This document shows, piece by piece, positions 1-7,962 of a stretch of DNA of 34,519 nucleotides. Each line of letters starts with the position of its first letter. Position 1 is the first letter of the stretch. The position numbers were made by a program, and so were the translations under genes. Location of the stretch: IMG/VR virus record IMGVR_UViG_3300044507_000064, positions 1 through 34,519 of that record. One strand, given 5' to 3'. The notes under the pieces are model-generated. The model was not told where the DNA came from and made no database searches. It saw nothing but the letters and a program-made list of their open reading frames with translations. Origin of the DNA: a virus (Duplodnaviria; Caudoviricetes).

Positions 1-1807
1 ACGGACCGACGATCACGTCGATGTCGGTATCCGCGTCCATCGCGGGGACGTAGACCGGGATCAGGCCCGAGAGCCGGCCGCCGGGGCCGCCGCCGGCCGT
101 GAACGAGGCGGCGAGGTTCGAGTACAGCGGGGCGTTCGTGACCGGCGCCTTCGCGTCGATGAACGCCGCGACGGCGAGCGCGGACATCCAGATATGGGTC
201 GGCGCGCGCTTGCTGGCGGCGATCGAGGTCGCCCATGCGACGCCGAACTGCGGATCCTCGGCATCCATCGCGCCGCCGTTGGCGACGGCGTGCTTGACCG
301 TTGCTGAGTCGGTGTAACCCGCGAGCAGCGCGGTGATCGCCTTCATCTCGCAGTCGAGCGCGTAGGCCATCGCCATGTCGCCCGTGAGCAGATCGTAGAA
401 CGAGGAGCCGGCGCGCTGGATCATCTGGATGGCGATGTCGGCGCCGCCGAAGACGGCCTGGTAGGCGAACGTGCCCGTGCCGACCTTGGTCGCCGTCGTC
501 GTCAGTTCGGTCTTCTGACCGCCGCCCTGGGTGCCGGCGACGGCGCGCGTGGTGATGATCGGCAGGAGCATCGAGGTGCCCTGCTCGGGCGGCGCGATCC
601 GCCGGGTCGAACTGAGGAACGGGCGCTCGGCACTGATGAGGTCGTCGAAGTCCGGCACGAGCGTCGCCGGCACGAGGCCCGGCTGCTCGGTCGTCACGAC
701 GTCGTCGAGGGCGAGTTCCCGCAGCAGCGTGCCCGGCATCGACTCGCCGCGCGTGCGGCGCAGCGTGTACTCGACCCACGAGTGGAGCTTGGGCTTGCGC
801 GGGGTCGGGTCGGGGATGCGGTACTGCGCCCGCTGCAGCTCGACCATGTCGTCGAACTTCTCGAGCAGCGAGTCGATCTTCGAGTCGGAGTTCGTCCGCG
901 CGATCGCCTCTGCGATCGTGTCGGCCAACCCCTGGTAATCGACGGCCCCGCTGGTCGGGGCCTCAGAAAGCTCGGCCATCGGGCCTGTTCCTTTCTCCTG
1001 CGCGTGCAGGGCGTAGATGACGCCGGCCTCAGAGAAGGTCGGTGCCCAGGTGGTAGAGACCTCGACGAGTTGCGCCGAGTTCGGGCCGTAGACGGTCACG
1101 AGGCGTCCGTCGATGCGCTTGCGCACCGGGCCGCCGGGAACGTCGTTGAAGCCGATGGACGCCCCGGCGGACACGCCGTCGCGGGCGAGCGTCAGCTGGT
1201 CGTTGCCGCGCTCCGTGCGGCTGACGGCGAACTCCATGAAGGCGCCGTCGGGCTTATCGGTGAAGGTGCGGCCGAGCCCGGTCGGCGGGTCGGCGTGGTC
1301 CATGCGCAGGCGGACGTGGACGGGGTCGACCGTGCCGAAGGCGCCCTGCTCGAAGAGCAGCGCGCCGTAGCGCGGGTGCTCGGCGACGACGCCGTAGGGC
1401 ATGATCCGCAGGCCCAAGCGTCGCTGATCGGCATTGACGGCGAGCGAGTGCTCGATGGGGACGTCGAGGACGTGTAACTCGCCCGCACCGCCGGCCTCCA
1501 CAGCGACCTCTTCGGCGCTGGCTGCCTGGATGTCGGCCATGTGGGCGTCGAGGTGGCGCTGCGCGGCCTCGGCGTTCGTCAGGCCCTCCGTCTGAGGCAG
1601 GCGGGAGAGCGAGTTGCGCACGCCGGCCGCGTTCGGCGGGTCGCCGGGCTCGCGGTGGTGGGGCAGCGCCCAAGTGGACTGCACGGCCGGGTCGCCGTCG
1701 CGCCGACCGGCACAGACGGCGGCATACGCCGCAGCGGGATCGTCGGAGTTAGCACAGCGGGACATGGCCGCCCCGCCGTCCCAGGTGGAGTTGTCGACTT
1801 CGGCCAA
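1..1807 (-). CDS. Fused N-terminal accessory domain + HK97-type prohead protease + major capsid protein (runs off window start)
   Basis: Not in the ORF track. Translated by hand as one open frame from TTG at 1807 (SD GGAGGT at 1815-1820) to position 1. MAEVDNSTWDGG...WALPHH...HLDAH (~90 aa), then protease motifs RMDHAD, GASIGF, LVEVS, then capsid-like ALDDVVTTEQPGLVP...RPFLSS...FYDLL...LSGLIPVYVP...DVIVGP. Confidence 0.9.
   Translation of the reverse strand, partial: MAEVDNSTWDGGAAMSRCANSDDPAAAYAAVCAGRRDGDPAVQSTWALPHHREPGDPPNAAGVRNSLSRLPQTEGLTNAEAAQRHLDAHMADIQAASAEEVAVEAGGAGELHVLDVPIEHSLAVNADQRRLGLRIMPYGVVAEHPRYGALLFEQGAFGTVDPVHVRLRMDHADPPTGLGRTFTDKPDGAFMEFAVSRTERGNDQLTLARDGVSAGASIGFNDVPGGPVRKRIDGRLVTVYGPNSAQLVEVSTTWAPTFSEAGVIYALHAQEKGTGPMAELSEAPTSGAVDYQGLADTIAEAIARTNSDSKIDSLLEKFDDMVELQRAQYRIPDPTPRKPKLHSWVEYTLRRTRGESMPGTLLRELALDDVVTTEQPGLVPATLVPDFDDLISAERPFLSSTRRIAPPEQGTSMLLPIITTRAVAGTQGGGQKTELTTTATKVGTGTFAYQAVFGGADIAIQMIQRAGSSFYDLLTGDMAMAYALDCEMKAITALLAGYTDSATVKHAVANGGAMDAEDPQFGVAWATSIAASKRAPTHIWMSALAVAAFIDAKAPVTNAPLYSNLAASFTAGGGPGGRLSGLIPVYVPAMDADTDIDVIVGP
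977..999 (-). promoter_or_regulatory. Internal in-frame ribosome binding site and ATG for capsid-only product
   Basis: AGGAGAAAGGA-acaggcccg-ATG (ATG at 979), in frame with TTG 1807, at the protease/capsid boundary. Confidence 0.75.
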
Positions 1808-1914
1808 ACCAAAGACCTCCTACGCTGCGCTTGCGGGCACATGCGCGGAGGCCTCATCGATACCGGGCCTGGCCCTCAGTGGGGCTCTGCCGGACCGCTC
1901 TTCGATTGCCCGTG

Positions 1915-1944
1915 ACGATAGGCCGGCACTACGGCCGCCGTCAA
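1915..1944 (-). promoter_or_regulatory. Putative sigma70-type promoter upstream of protease-capsid gene
   Basis: TTGACG (1939-1944), 18-nt spacer, TATCGT (1915-1920) on the minus strand. Confidence 0.5.
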
Positions 1945-2843
1945 GTGCCGTACAGCGCCGCGAGTTGGCCCGCGACCGCGGGATAGTCGTGGTAGCGGCG
2001 GGCGTGGGCATGGCCGCGGCCGGCCCACTCCTCGCGCAGCGCCGCGGAGCGTATGAGCTCCTCGAGCACACGCACGAGCGGGACGTCAGGGGTAGGAGCG
2101 AGGAACGGCAGTTCGCCCCAGGCGGCGACCATCCGCTCGCGGACGGCCGGGTCGGGTGCCTCCGATACGACCGGGATGCCCATGGCCCAGGCCTCGACGG
2201 CGTTGTTCCCGTAGCCGTAGGCGCCGGGACCGACCTGGTCGACGAAGATGTCGGCGCCACCCTTGCGCCGTAGGCTCTCCTCCCACGCCACGCCCTCGAC
2301 GCGCTCGAATGTGACGTCGTACCGCTCCGCGAGTTCACGCACGGCAGCGCGCACGAGATCGGCACCCTTGGAGGCACGGGTCGGACACTGGACGATGCGG
2401 ACCGTGCCCGGACGCGGGTCGCGCCAGCGTGCGAGGGCATCGAGGTCGTGCGGTTGCGGCAGCCACTCGCAGACGGGCTCGAGCGCCTGCATCTCGAGGC
2501 CCGAGACGACCTGGCGGATGCCGTACTCGACGGCCTCGGCGCTCCTCCACTCGTGGCCGCTGATGAAGCGTCGGCCGTGATGGTGCAGGACAGCGGGCCG
2601 GGGACCGCCGAGGGCGCACCAGTGGCGCAGGCTGTGGCGCATGTGGAGGACGTCGGACCAGCGCAGCCAGCGGCGGGCATCGGCGGCATCGCGCAGGACG
2701 ATATCGGTCGGATACCCGATGTACGTCGTCGTCCAGATCGCCGAGTGGACCTCGAGCCCCGGGACGTGGCGCTCGAGAAGCTCCTTGATCCGGGCACCCT
2801 GGCCGCCCGTGTCCTGACCCGGCGAGTAGATCAGGACCTTCAC
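1941..2843 (-). CDS. Glycosyltransferase, GT-B fold (GT4/CgeB-like), paralog 2
   Basis: GTG start overlapping upstream TGA. VKVLIYSPGQDTGGQ, HHHG motif, ADIFVDQ...GYGNNAVEAWAMGIPVVS donor-binding motif and C-terminal GHAHARRYH helix typical of GT-B enzymes. Confidence 0.85.
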   Translation of the reverse strand: MKVLIYSPGQDTGGQGARIKELLERHVPGLEVHSAIWTTTYIGYPTDIVLRDAADARRWLRWSDVLHMRHSLRHWCALGGPRPAVLHHHGRRFISGHEWRSAEAVEYGIRQVVSGLEMQALEPVCEWLPQPHDLDALARWRDPRPGTVRIVQCPTRASKGADLVRAAVRELAERYDVTFERVEGVAWEESLRRKGGADIFVDQVGPGAYGYGNNAVEAWAMGIPVVSEAPDPAVRERMVAAWGELPFLAPTPDVPLVRVLEELIRSAALREEWAGRGHAHARRYHDYPAVAGQLAALYGT

Positions 2844-3119
2844 GCGCCGGCCATGTGCGCGAGCTCCTCGAAGCGCGCCAGCCACGCCGCCGGGGCATGG
2901 AAGCGCCGGACGTGCGCCAGCCCGCGTGCCGCCCATTCGGCTCGGCAGTCGGCGCTCAGGGCGAGCGCCCGCAGGTCGTCGACGAGATGCGGATAGTCGG
3001 TCCGATAGAACGGCAGCTCGCCCCATTCGGCCCGCATCCGCGGCAGGAGCGAGGACTCGGCGCCGGCGATGACCGGAATCCCCATCGCCCAGGCCTCGAC
3101 GGCGTTGTTCCCGTAGCCG
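2185..3119. repeat. 33-bp exact direct repeat shared by the two glycosyltransferase genes (2185-2217 and 3087-3119)
   Basis: GCCCAGGCCTCGACGGCGTTGTTCCCGTAGCCG occurs at both places and encodes the GYGNNAVEAWA motif. Confidence 0.9.
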
Positions 3120-3757
3120 AGAAGGAACTGGTCGGCGTAGATGTCGGCCGTCGCCTTCATCCGCAGGCACGTCTCCCAGGGCACCGGACGACGCGGCCAG
3201 ACGAGCTCGATGATCGGCAGGACGCGCACGGCGGCGAGGACGTGGGCCGTGCCCTTGATCGCCCGGTTGGTCGGCATGTGGGCGACGCGGACCTTCTCTC
3301 CAGGCGCGTAGTGCTCGGCTCGGACCGCGGCCATCTTGGGGATGTCGATGTTCTGCGGCTGCCAGTGCGCCGTGCCGCCCGACGGAACGAACGTCAGCAG
3401 GTCGACCGTCGAGACGACCTGCAACGCCCCGACCTTGGCCGCCTGGTCGTACTGGCGGCGCGGGTAGCGCCGGAAGCGCGTCCCGTGGTGGTGGACGATG
3501 AGCGGCTTCGGGTCACGCTCGGCGTGAGGCGCGCACTCCCGCGTGTCGTTGTGCGCCACGACGAGGTCGGCCCAGCCCCACGCTTCGGTGAGCGTCGCGG
3601 GCTCGAGATACGACCACATCTCGCCGGTCGGGTAGCCGAAGACGTGGTCGCGGTGGACGAGGACGCGCACCTCGTGGCCGGCCGCCTCGAGGATGGGCTT
3701 GCCGCCGATCGACTGGCCGCCCGTGTCGTGCCCCGGATGGAGATGCAGGATCCTCAC
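2840..3757 (-). CDS. Glycosyltransferase, GT-B fold (GT4/CgeB-like), paralog 1
   Basis: MRILHLHPGHDTGGQ, HHHG, IKGT, ADIYADQ...GYGNNAVEAWAMGIPVIA, GLAHVRRFH. Confidence 0.85.
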   Translation of the reverse strand: MRILHLHPGHDTGGQSIGGKPILEAAGHEVRVLVHRDHVFGYPTGEMWSYLEPATLTEAWGWADLVVAHNDTRECAPHAERDPKPLIVHHHGTRFRRYPRRQYDQAAKVGALQVVSTVDLLTFVPSGGTAHWQPQNIDIPKMAAVRAEHYAPGEKVRVAHMPTNRAIKGTAHVLAAVRVLPIIELVWPRRPVPWETCLRMKATADIYADQFLLGYGNNAVEAWAMGIPVIAGAESSLLPRMRAEWGELPFYRTDYPHLVDDLRALALSADCRAEWAARGLAHVRRFHAPAAWLARFEELAHMAGA

Positions 3758-5535
3758 GGGGCGAAGAGCAGTTCGATGACCTCGTCGTCATCCTGCGCGC
3801 CGACCACATCGAGGGCAGGGCGCATCCGGCGCACGACGTAGCCCTGCGGTTCGGGCTGCGGCGCGCCGGTGGTCACGCGCGGGACCCTGCCGGCCATGAC
3901 GATCGTGGCGGGACTCGGGACGTATGTCTGAGTCGCCGCGATGGCCGGTGTCGCGGTCGCGAGCACGAGCGACGCGGCCGCCGGCAGAACGACGGTGGCG
4001 ATGCGGACCGCCGGGCTCGCGCCAGTCGCCGTCAGGGCGGCCGGGTCGGGCACGACGGTGACGCTCGCGCCCACGCCGACCGCCGGGACGGCGCCGACCA
4101 GCGCGAGCGATGCGGCGGCCGGGAGGTAGGTCTGGGTCGCCGAGATGGCGGGGGTGCCAGTCGTGACCGTGACGTCCGCCGCATCGGGGGCGTATGTCTG
4201 GGTCGCCGCGATCGCGCCAGTCGCGCCTGCGATCGTGATAGCGGCAGCGGCAGGCTGGACGAGGATGTAGTTCTGCGCCACGACGTCGGGCGTGGCGCCC
4301 GCGATGCTGACCGCCGCCGCCGCTGGTGCGGCCTTCGGCCAGTCCTGCGCGACGAGCGCAGGGGTCGCCGTGCCGATGGTGATGGCAGCCGCCGCCGGCT
4401 GCACAAGCTGGTAGTTCTGCGCCACTACGGCGGGGGTCGCGCTCGTGATGCTGACCGACGCCGCTGCCGGTTGGATGACGGTGACTGTGACGACGGCGGG
4501 CGTGGCGGTCGCGATCCCCACGGCAGCCGCAGCGGGCGCCGCCGCTATCGGCAGCAGGACGGCGGGCGTGGCGCCCGCGACACTCACGGCCGCCGCCCCA
4601 GGGGCGACGCCGATCGGAGTGGCGACGGCCGGCGTGGCCGTGCCGATGGTGACTGCGGCAGCGGCGGGCTGCACGCCGACGCTCAGTACGACCGCCGGCG
4701 TGGCCGTCCCGATGGTGACGGCCGCCGCCGCTGGCTCGGCCTTCGGCCAGTTCTGCGCGACGATCGTCGCCGTCGCCGTGCCGATGGTGACGGCGGCAGC
4801 GGCGGGCTGGACGAGGACGGGCGGGATCTCGCGGACGGCCAGAGCGATGACGGCGAGGTCGTCGCTGATGTTCGCGCCGCCGACGTTGCGCGCCCCCTGC
4901 CCGGCTGTCGTCTCGTAGAAGGTCTCGATGACGTAGAGCCCGAAGTCGATGCTGCCGACGGCCGACGCCGGGGCCGTGCTGCCCGTGCCGGCCGCCGTGA
5001 CGTTGGAGGTGCCCTGGTAGCGGCCCATGAACCGGAGCGAGTTCGTGCCGGGCGAGCCGTCGTCGATGGAGAGCAGGCCCGCATTCGTGGCGGTGCCGGT
5101 GCCGCTCGAGTTGCCCGCCGTCACCGCGGCCGAGCTGCCCGCCTGCGTCTTGACGCCGGGCAGGTAGACCTCGGTCGGTCCTGCTGCGGTGACGGTGTGG
5201 CAGACGGCGTAGAGGACGTGGGCCCAGGGCGTCGTATCCGAGCGGTTGACGACGACGGCCTTCGTGCCTGTGCCGCAGTTGTCGAGGTAGTAGGCGCGGA
5301 CCGAGCCGGGCTCGGTATCGGTGTCGATGGCCGTGTAGGGAATGGCGGTCATCGTCGCCCCGCCGTAGGTGACGCTCGTCACCGGCGGCAGGGCGTTGGT
5401 GACGACACCGAAGACGAATACCAGCGCGCCGCGCGCAGAGGCGCCGCCCGTGTGGTTCCAGGTGAACGACGCCGCGCCGCTCTGCCCGGTGGTGCCGGTA
5501 CTGCTCTCGGTAGTGGTGTCGTATGCGACGGCCAC
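3754..5535 (-). CDS. Ala/Thr/Pro-rich repeat virion protein (putative head fibre/filament), 593 aa
   Basis: ~235-aa Gly/Thr-rich beta-type N-terminal domain, 14 repeats of 22-24 aa (consensus VQPAAAAVTIGTATPAV), acidic/hydrophobic tail DDDEVIELLFAP. Lies between portal and capsid genes. Confidence 0.7.
   Translation of the reverse strand: MAVAYDTTTESSTGTTGQSGAASFTWNHTGGASARGALVFVFGVVTNALPPVTSVTYGGATMTAIPYTAIDTDTEPGSVRAYYLDNCGTGTKAVVVNRSDTTPWAHVLYAVCHTVTAAGPTEVYLPGVKTQAGSSAAVTAGNSSGTGTATNAGLLSIDDGSPGTNSLRFMGRYQGTSNVTAAGTGSTAPASAVGSIDFGLYVIETFYETTAGQGARNVGGANISDDLAVIALAVREIPPVLVQPAAAAVTIGTATATIVAQNWPKAEPAAAAVTIGTATPAVVLSVGVQPAAAAVTIGTATPAVATPIGVAPGAAAVSVAGATPAVLLPIAAAPAAAAVGIATATPAVVTVTVIQPAAASVSITSATPAVVAQNYQLVQPAAAAITIGTATPALVAQDWPKAAPAAAAVSIAGATPDVVAQNYILVQPAAAAITIAGATGAIAATQTYAPDAADVTVTTGTPAISATQTYLPAAASLALVGAVPAVGVGASVTVVPDPAALTATGASPAVRIATVVLPAAASLVLATATPAIAATQTYVPSPATIVMAGRVPRVTTGAPQPEPQGYVVRRMRPALDVVGAQDDDEVIELLFAP
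3865..4820 (-). repeat. 14 tandem 66-72 bp coding repeats
   Basis: Recurring GCCGTGCCGATGGTGA-type units encoding xPAAAAVTIGTATPAV; boundaries approximate. Confidence 0.85.
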
Positions 5536-5557
5536 GGGAGGCTACCTCCCTCCCGGG

Positions 5558-6001
5558 CTAGGTGACCGTGACGTTGATGACGGCCGCCGCGGTCCCGCCG
5601 ATCTGGAGCTTGTTGCCGTTGGTCGCGGTCACGTCACCGTGACCCGTGTCGAGCGCCGCGAAGCACAGGATGTACTTGGTCGCCCCGTCGTAGTAGATGA
5701 CGGCCTGCTTCGCGACGAGGTTGGCCGAGCCTGCCGTCCACTCTACGACGGCCGCCTGGGTGATGGCGACATCGTTCGTCGTGACCGTCGCCGACACGAG
5801 GTCCACGGCGGCCCCGGCGGTCGTGTAGCCGGTGTTCGTGGTGCCGACCTCGTTGGTCGCCGCGTAGACGGTCGATGCCGCGGTGATCTGGTTCCACACC
5901 GTGTAGAGGGCGACCTTGAAGGAGCCCGAGTCGATGGGGATTGATCCGTCAAAAATGAGTTTGCCGGCCCCGTTGGTCAGGGTCCAGGGATCTGCCGCCA
6001 T
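5558..6001 (-). CDS. Small virion structural protein (putative head spike/filament subunit), 147 aa
   Basis: SD AGGAGA. IFDGSIPIDSGSFKVALYT...NEV...GYT...W...AVIYY...FAALD...GDVTATNG pattern of small beta-rich phage proteins that precede fibre genes. Confidence 0.65.
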   Translation of the reverse strand: MAADPWTLTNGAGKLIFDGSIPIDSGSFKVALYTVWNQITAASTVYAATNEVGTTNTGYTTAGAAVDLVSATVTTNDVAITQAAVVEWTAGSANLVAKQAVIYYDGATKYILCFAALDTGHGDVTATNGNKLQIGGTAAAVINVTVT

Positions 6002-6012
6002 CGGTGTCTCCT

Positions 6013-6369
6013 CTACGCTGCCACTATCGCTCTGACCCGTCCGGCCTCATCTCGCCGGACCTGCTGGACCTGAGTCGAGCCATCGCTGTAGGTCTGATGG
6101 ACGGCGACGACGAGCCCCGAGCCGTCGCGCTCGAACTCGCTGCGGACCGGGTGCGTGCCGTCTCGCCCGTCCGCGCCCGCCGGCCCTTGCGGTCCCTCCG
6201 GTCCGGTGGGCCCCGGCGGACCGGGCTCGCCCTGCGGTCCCTCGGCACCTTGCGATCCCTGCGGTCCCTGCGGTCCCTCGATGCGCACCACTTCGAGGGC
6301 CGTCGTCTGCAACGGGCGGACGGACTGCCCTTCGGCGATCCCGCGCAGGATCGCCTCGGTCGTGCTCAT
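6013..6369 (-). CDS. Collagen-like protein, 118 aa
   Basis: About 13 uninterrupted G-X-Y triplets ([15 protein letters not shown]...GADGRDG), then two RD..G(L/R)V hairpin-like motifs. ATGA-coupled to portal. Confidence 0.8.
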   Translation of the reverse strand: MSTTEAILRGIAEGQSVRPLQTTALEVVRIEGPQGPQGSQGAEGPQGEPGPPGPTGPEGPQGPAGADGRDGTHPVRSEFERDGSGLVVAVHQTYSDGSTQVQQVRRDEAGRVRAIVAA

Positions 6370-7961
6370 GCCGCGCCCTCGATCACCCGCATGATGCGGT
6401 CGTGGTCGTCGTACTCGACGTCAGTGACCGTCCGCTCCGTGGGCGCAGGCTGAGCAAGAGTGATAGGCGCATCGACCGTCACCTCGACCGCACCGGGCTC
6501 GATCGTCACGTTGGGCGCCGTGACCGTCGTCTCGGTTCGGACGAAGCCCTCGGGGAAGTGCACGTTCACGTTGAAGATCGGGACTACCGGGCCGGGTGCC
6601 GTCTCGGTGGGCGCTGCCGCGCCGACGTTGAGGAACTTGCAGCGCGGGCAGACGACCTCGAAGGTCGGGCCGAACTTGCCGAGCATCCGGTTGCAGCGCG
6701 GGCAGCGCGTCGCGGAGAGCGCGACCGGGATGCTGCCCGCCGGCGCGACCGCCGCGGGGGGCGAGGGCAGGACGGCCGCGTACTCGGCGTTGCCCGGCGA
6801 CAGCCCCTCGGCCGCTCGTGCCTCCTCCATCGTGAGGACCCCGAGAGGGATGAGCGTGTTATAGACGTCCGAGCGGGTCTTGATGTCGGCGCGCAGGAGT
6901 CCCGAGCGGTCGAAGCGCGAGGCGGTCGAACGCGGCAGGAGGTCGCTGATGGCCTGCTCGATCGGCTCGAGGTAGTTCGGGTCGAGGCAGCCGCGCAGGA
7001 AGTTCGTCCAGATCTGCTCGATGTTCTGATAGGTCAGGCTCGTGCCCGACTGCGCGTACTCGAGCAGCGCGCCCGGGATGCCGAACAGGCGTGCCGCGTC
7101 GCCGTTCTGGTAGCCGCGCGCGTCGAGCATCTGCGCGCCCTGCGGGTTCACCTCGACCGAGGTCACGCTCTCGATGCCCTCGTCGATGATGCGCGGCACG
7201 TTGTTCGGGCGCCCGACCCACTGGTTGCGCAGCGCGTCGGCCTCGGACAGCGCCTCGTCCGAGTCGGAGCTGAGGTAGCCCTGCTTCTTGATGATCGTGC
7301 CGCCGTTGCCGCCGTCGGCGTAATAGTTGGCCGCCCACTGCTGCGCCTCGACGGCGACCGAGATGGCCGCCCCGGCGCGCTGGAGCGGGCCGCGCCCGCG
7401 CAGGGCGAACGGTTCGGGCAGGTACATGACGTGGACGAAGCTGCCCGTCGGGTTGGCGGCCGTGAAGCGCGTGCCCTGGACCTTGCCCCACTGATAGATC
7501 GGGTAGCGCCGATCGCGCGTGTTCTCCTCGACCGCGAGTTCGCCGAGCGGGACGTTGACGAGGGCGGACGCGATGCCGTCGGCGTCACGGCTCGCGATGT
7601 AGAGGACCGCCTCGCCGAAGGACGCCATGTTGTGCGCCGTCTGGGCGTAGAAGTCGCGCGGCGTCAGGTCGGGGTCCGGGCGGGCGATGAGGCGCGGCGT
7701 GTCGGTCATCAGCGCGCCGTTGCGGTAGCCCTGCATCGTGAGCGAGCCGACGGTGTTCGCGATGAGCGTGACGCAGCGCTGGATGGCCGGCACCCCGAGC
7801 GCCTCAGCGACCGACGGCACGCGGTGGATGCGCAGCGCCTGTGTATCACGCCGGACGGTGTTGATCTGCGTCTGGATATCGGGCCAGGCGATCTGCAAGG
7901 TACGGTCGGGCTGCATCGGCTCGAGCGTCAGAAACGAGCGGACGGCGTCGAGGAGGCTCAT
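6366..7961 (-). CDS. Portal protein (HK97 family) with C-terminal Com-like zinc ribbon extension
   Basis: ATG at 7961 next to TerL stop. [63 protein letters not shown] motifs. Extension contains [10 protein letters not shown]...EVVCPRCK. Confidence 0.9.
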   Translation of the reverse strand: MSLLDAVRSFLTLEPMQPDRTLQIAWPDIQTQINTVRRDTQALRIHRVPSVAEALGVPAIQRCVTLIANTVGSLTMQGYRNGALMTDTPRLIARPDPDLTPRDFYAQTAHNMASFGEAVLYIASRDADGIASALVNVPLGELAVEENTRDRRYPIYQWGKVQGTRFTAANPTGSFVHVMYLPEPFALRGRGPLQRAGAAISVAVEAQQWAANYYADGGNGGTIIKKQGYLSSDSDEALSEADALRNQWVGRPNNVPRIIDEGIESVTSVEVNPQGAQMLDARGYQNGDAARLFGIPGALLEYAQSGTSLTYQNIEQIWTNFLRGCLDPNYLEPIEQAISDLLPRSTASRFDRSGLLRADIKTRSDVYNTLIPLGVLTMEEARAAEGLSPGNAEYAAVLPSPPAAVAPAGSIPVALSATRCPRCNRMLGKFGPTFEVVCPRCKFLNVGAAAPTETAPGPVVPIFNVNVHFPEGFVRTETTVTAPNVTIEPGAVEVTVDAPITLAQPAPTERTVTDVEYDDHDRIMRVIEGAA

Positions 7962-7962
7962 G

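Noticed and set aside
1808-1914. c-di-GMP-I riboswitch (GGGCAA...GAA start)
   Set aside because: Only superficial similarity; the GNRA loop/receptor and second-stem consensus could not be matched by eye.
1941-3757. Glycosyltransferases as DNA-modifying enzymes
   Set aside because: They lie in the late head operon and no base hydroxymethylase or nucleotide-modification genes are present; disfavoured rather than excluded.
3865-4820. CRISPR-like array
   Set aside because: Repeats are degenerate, in-frame coding units without unique spacers, and no cas genes are present.
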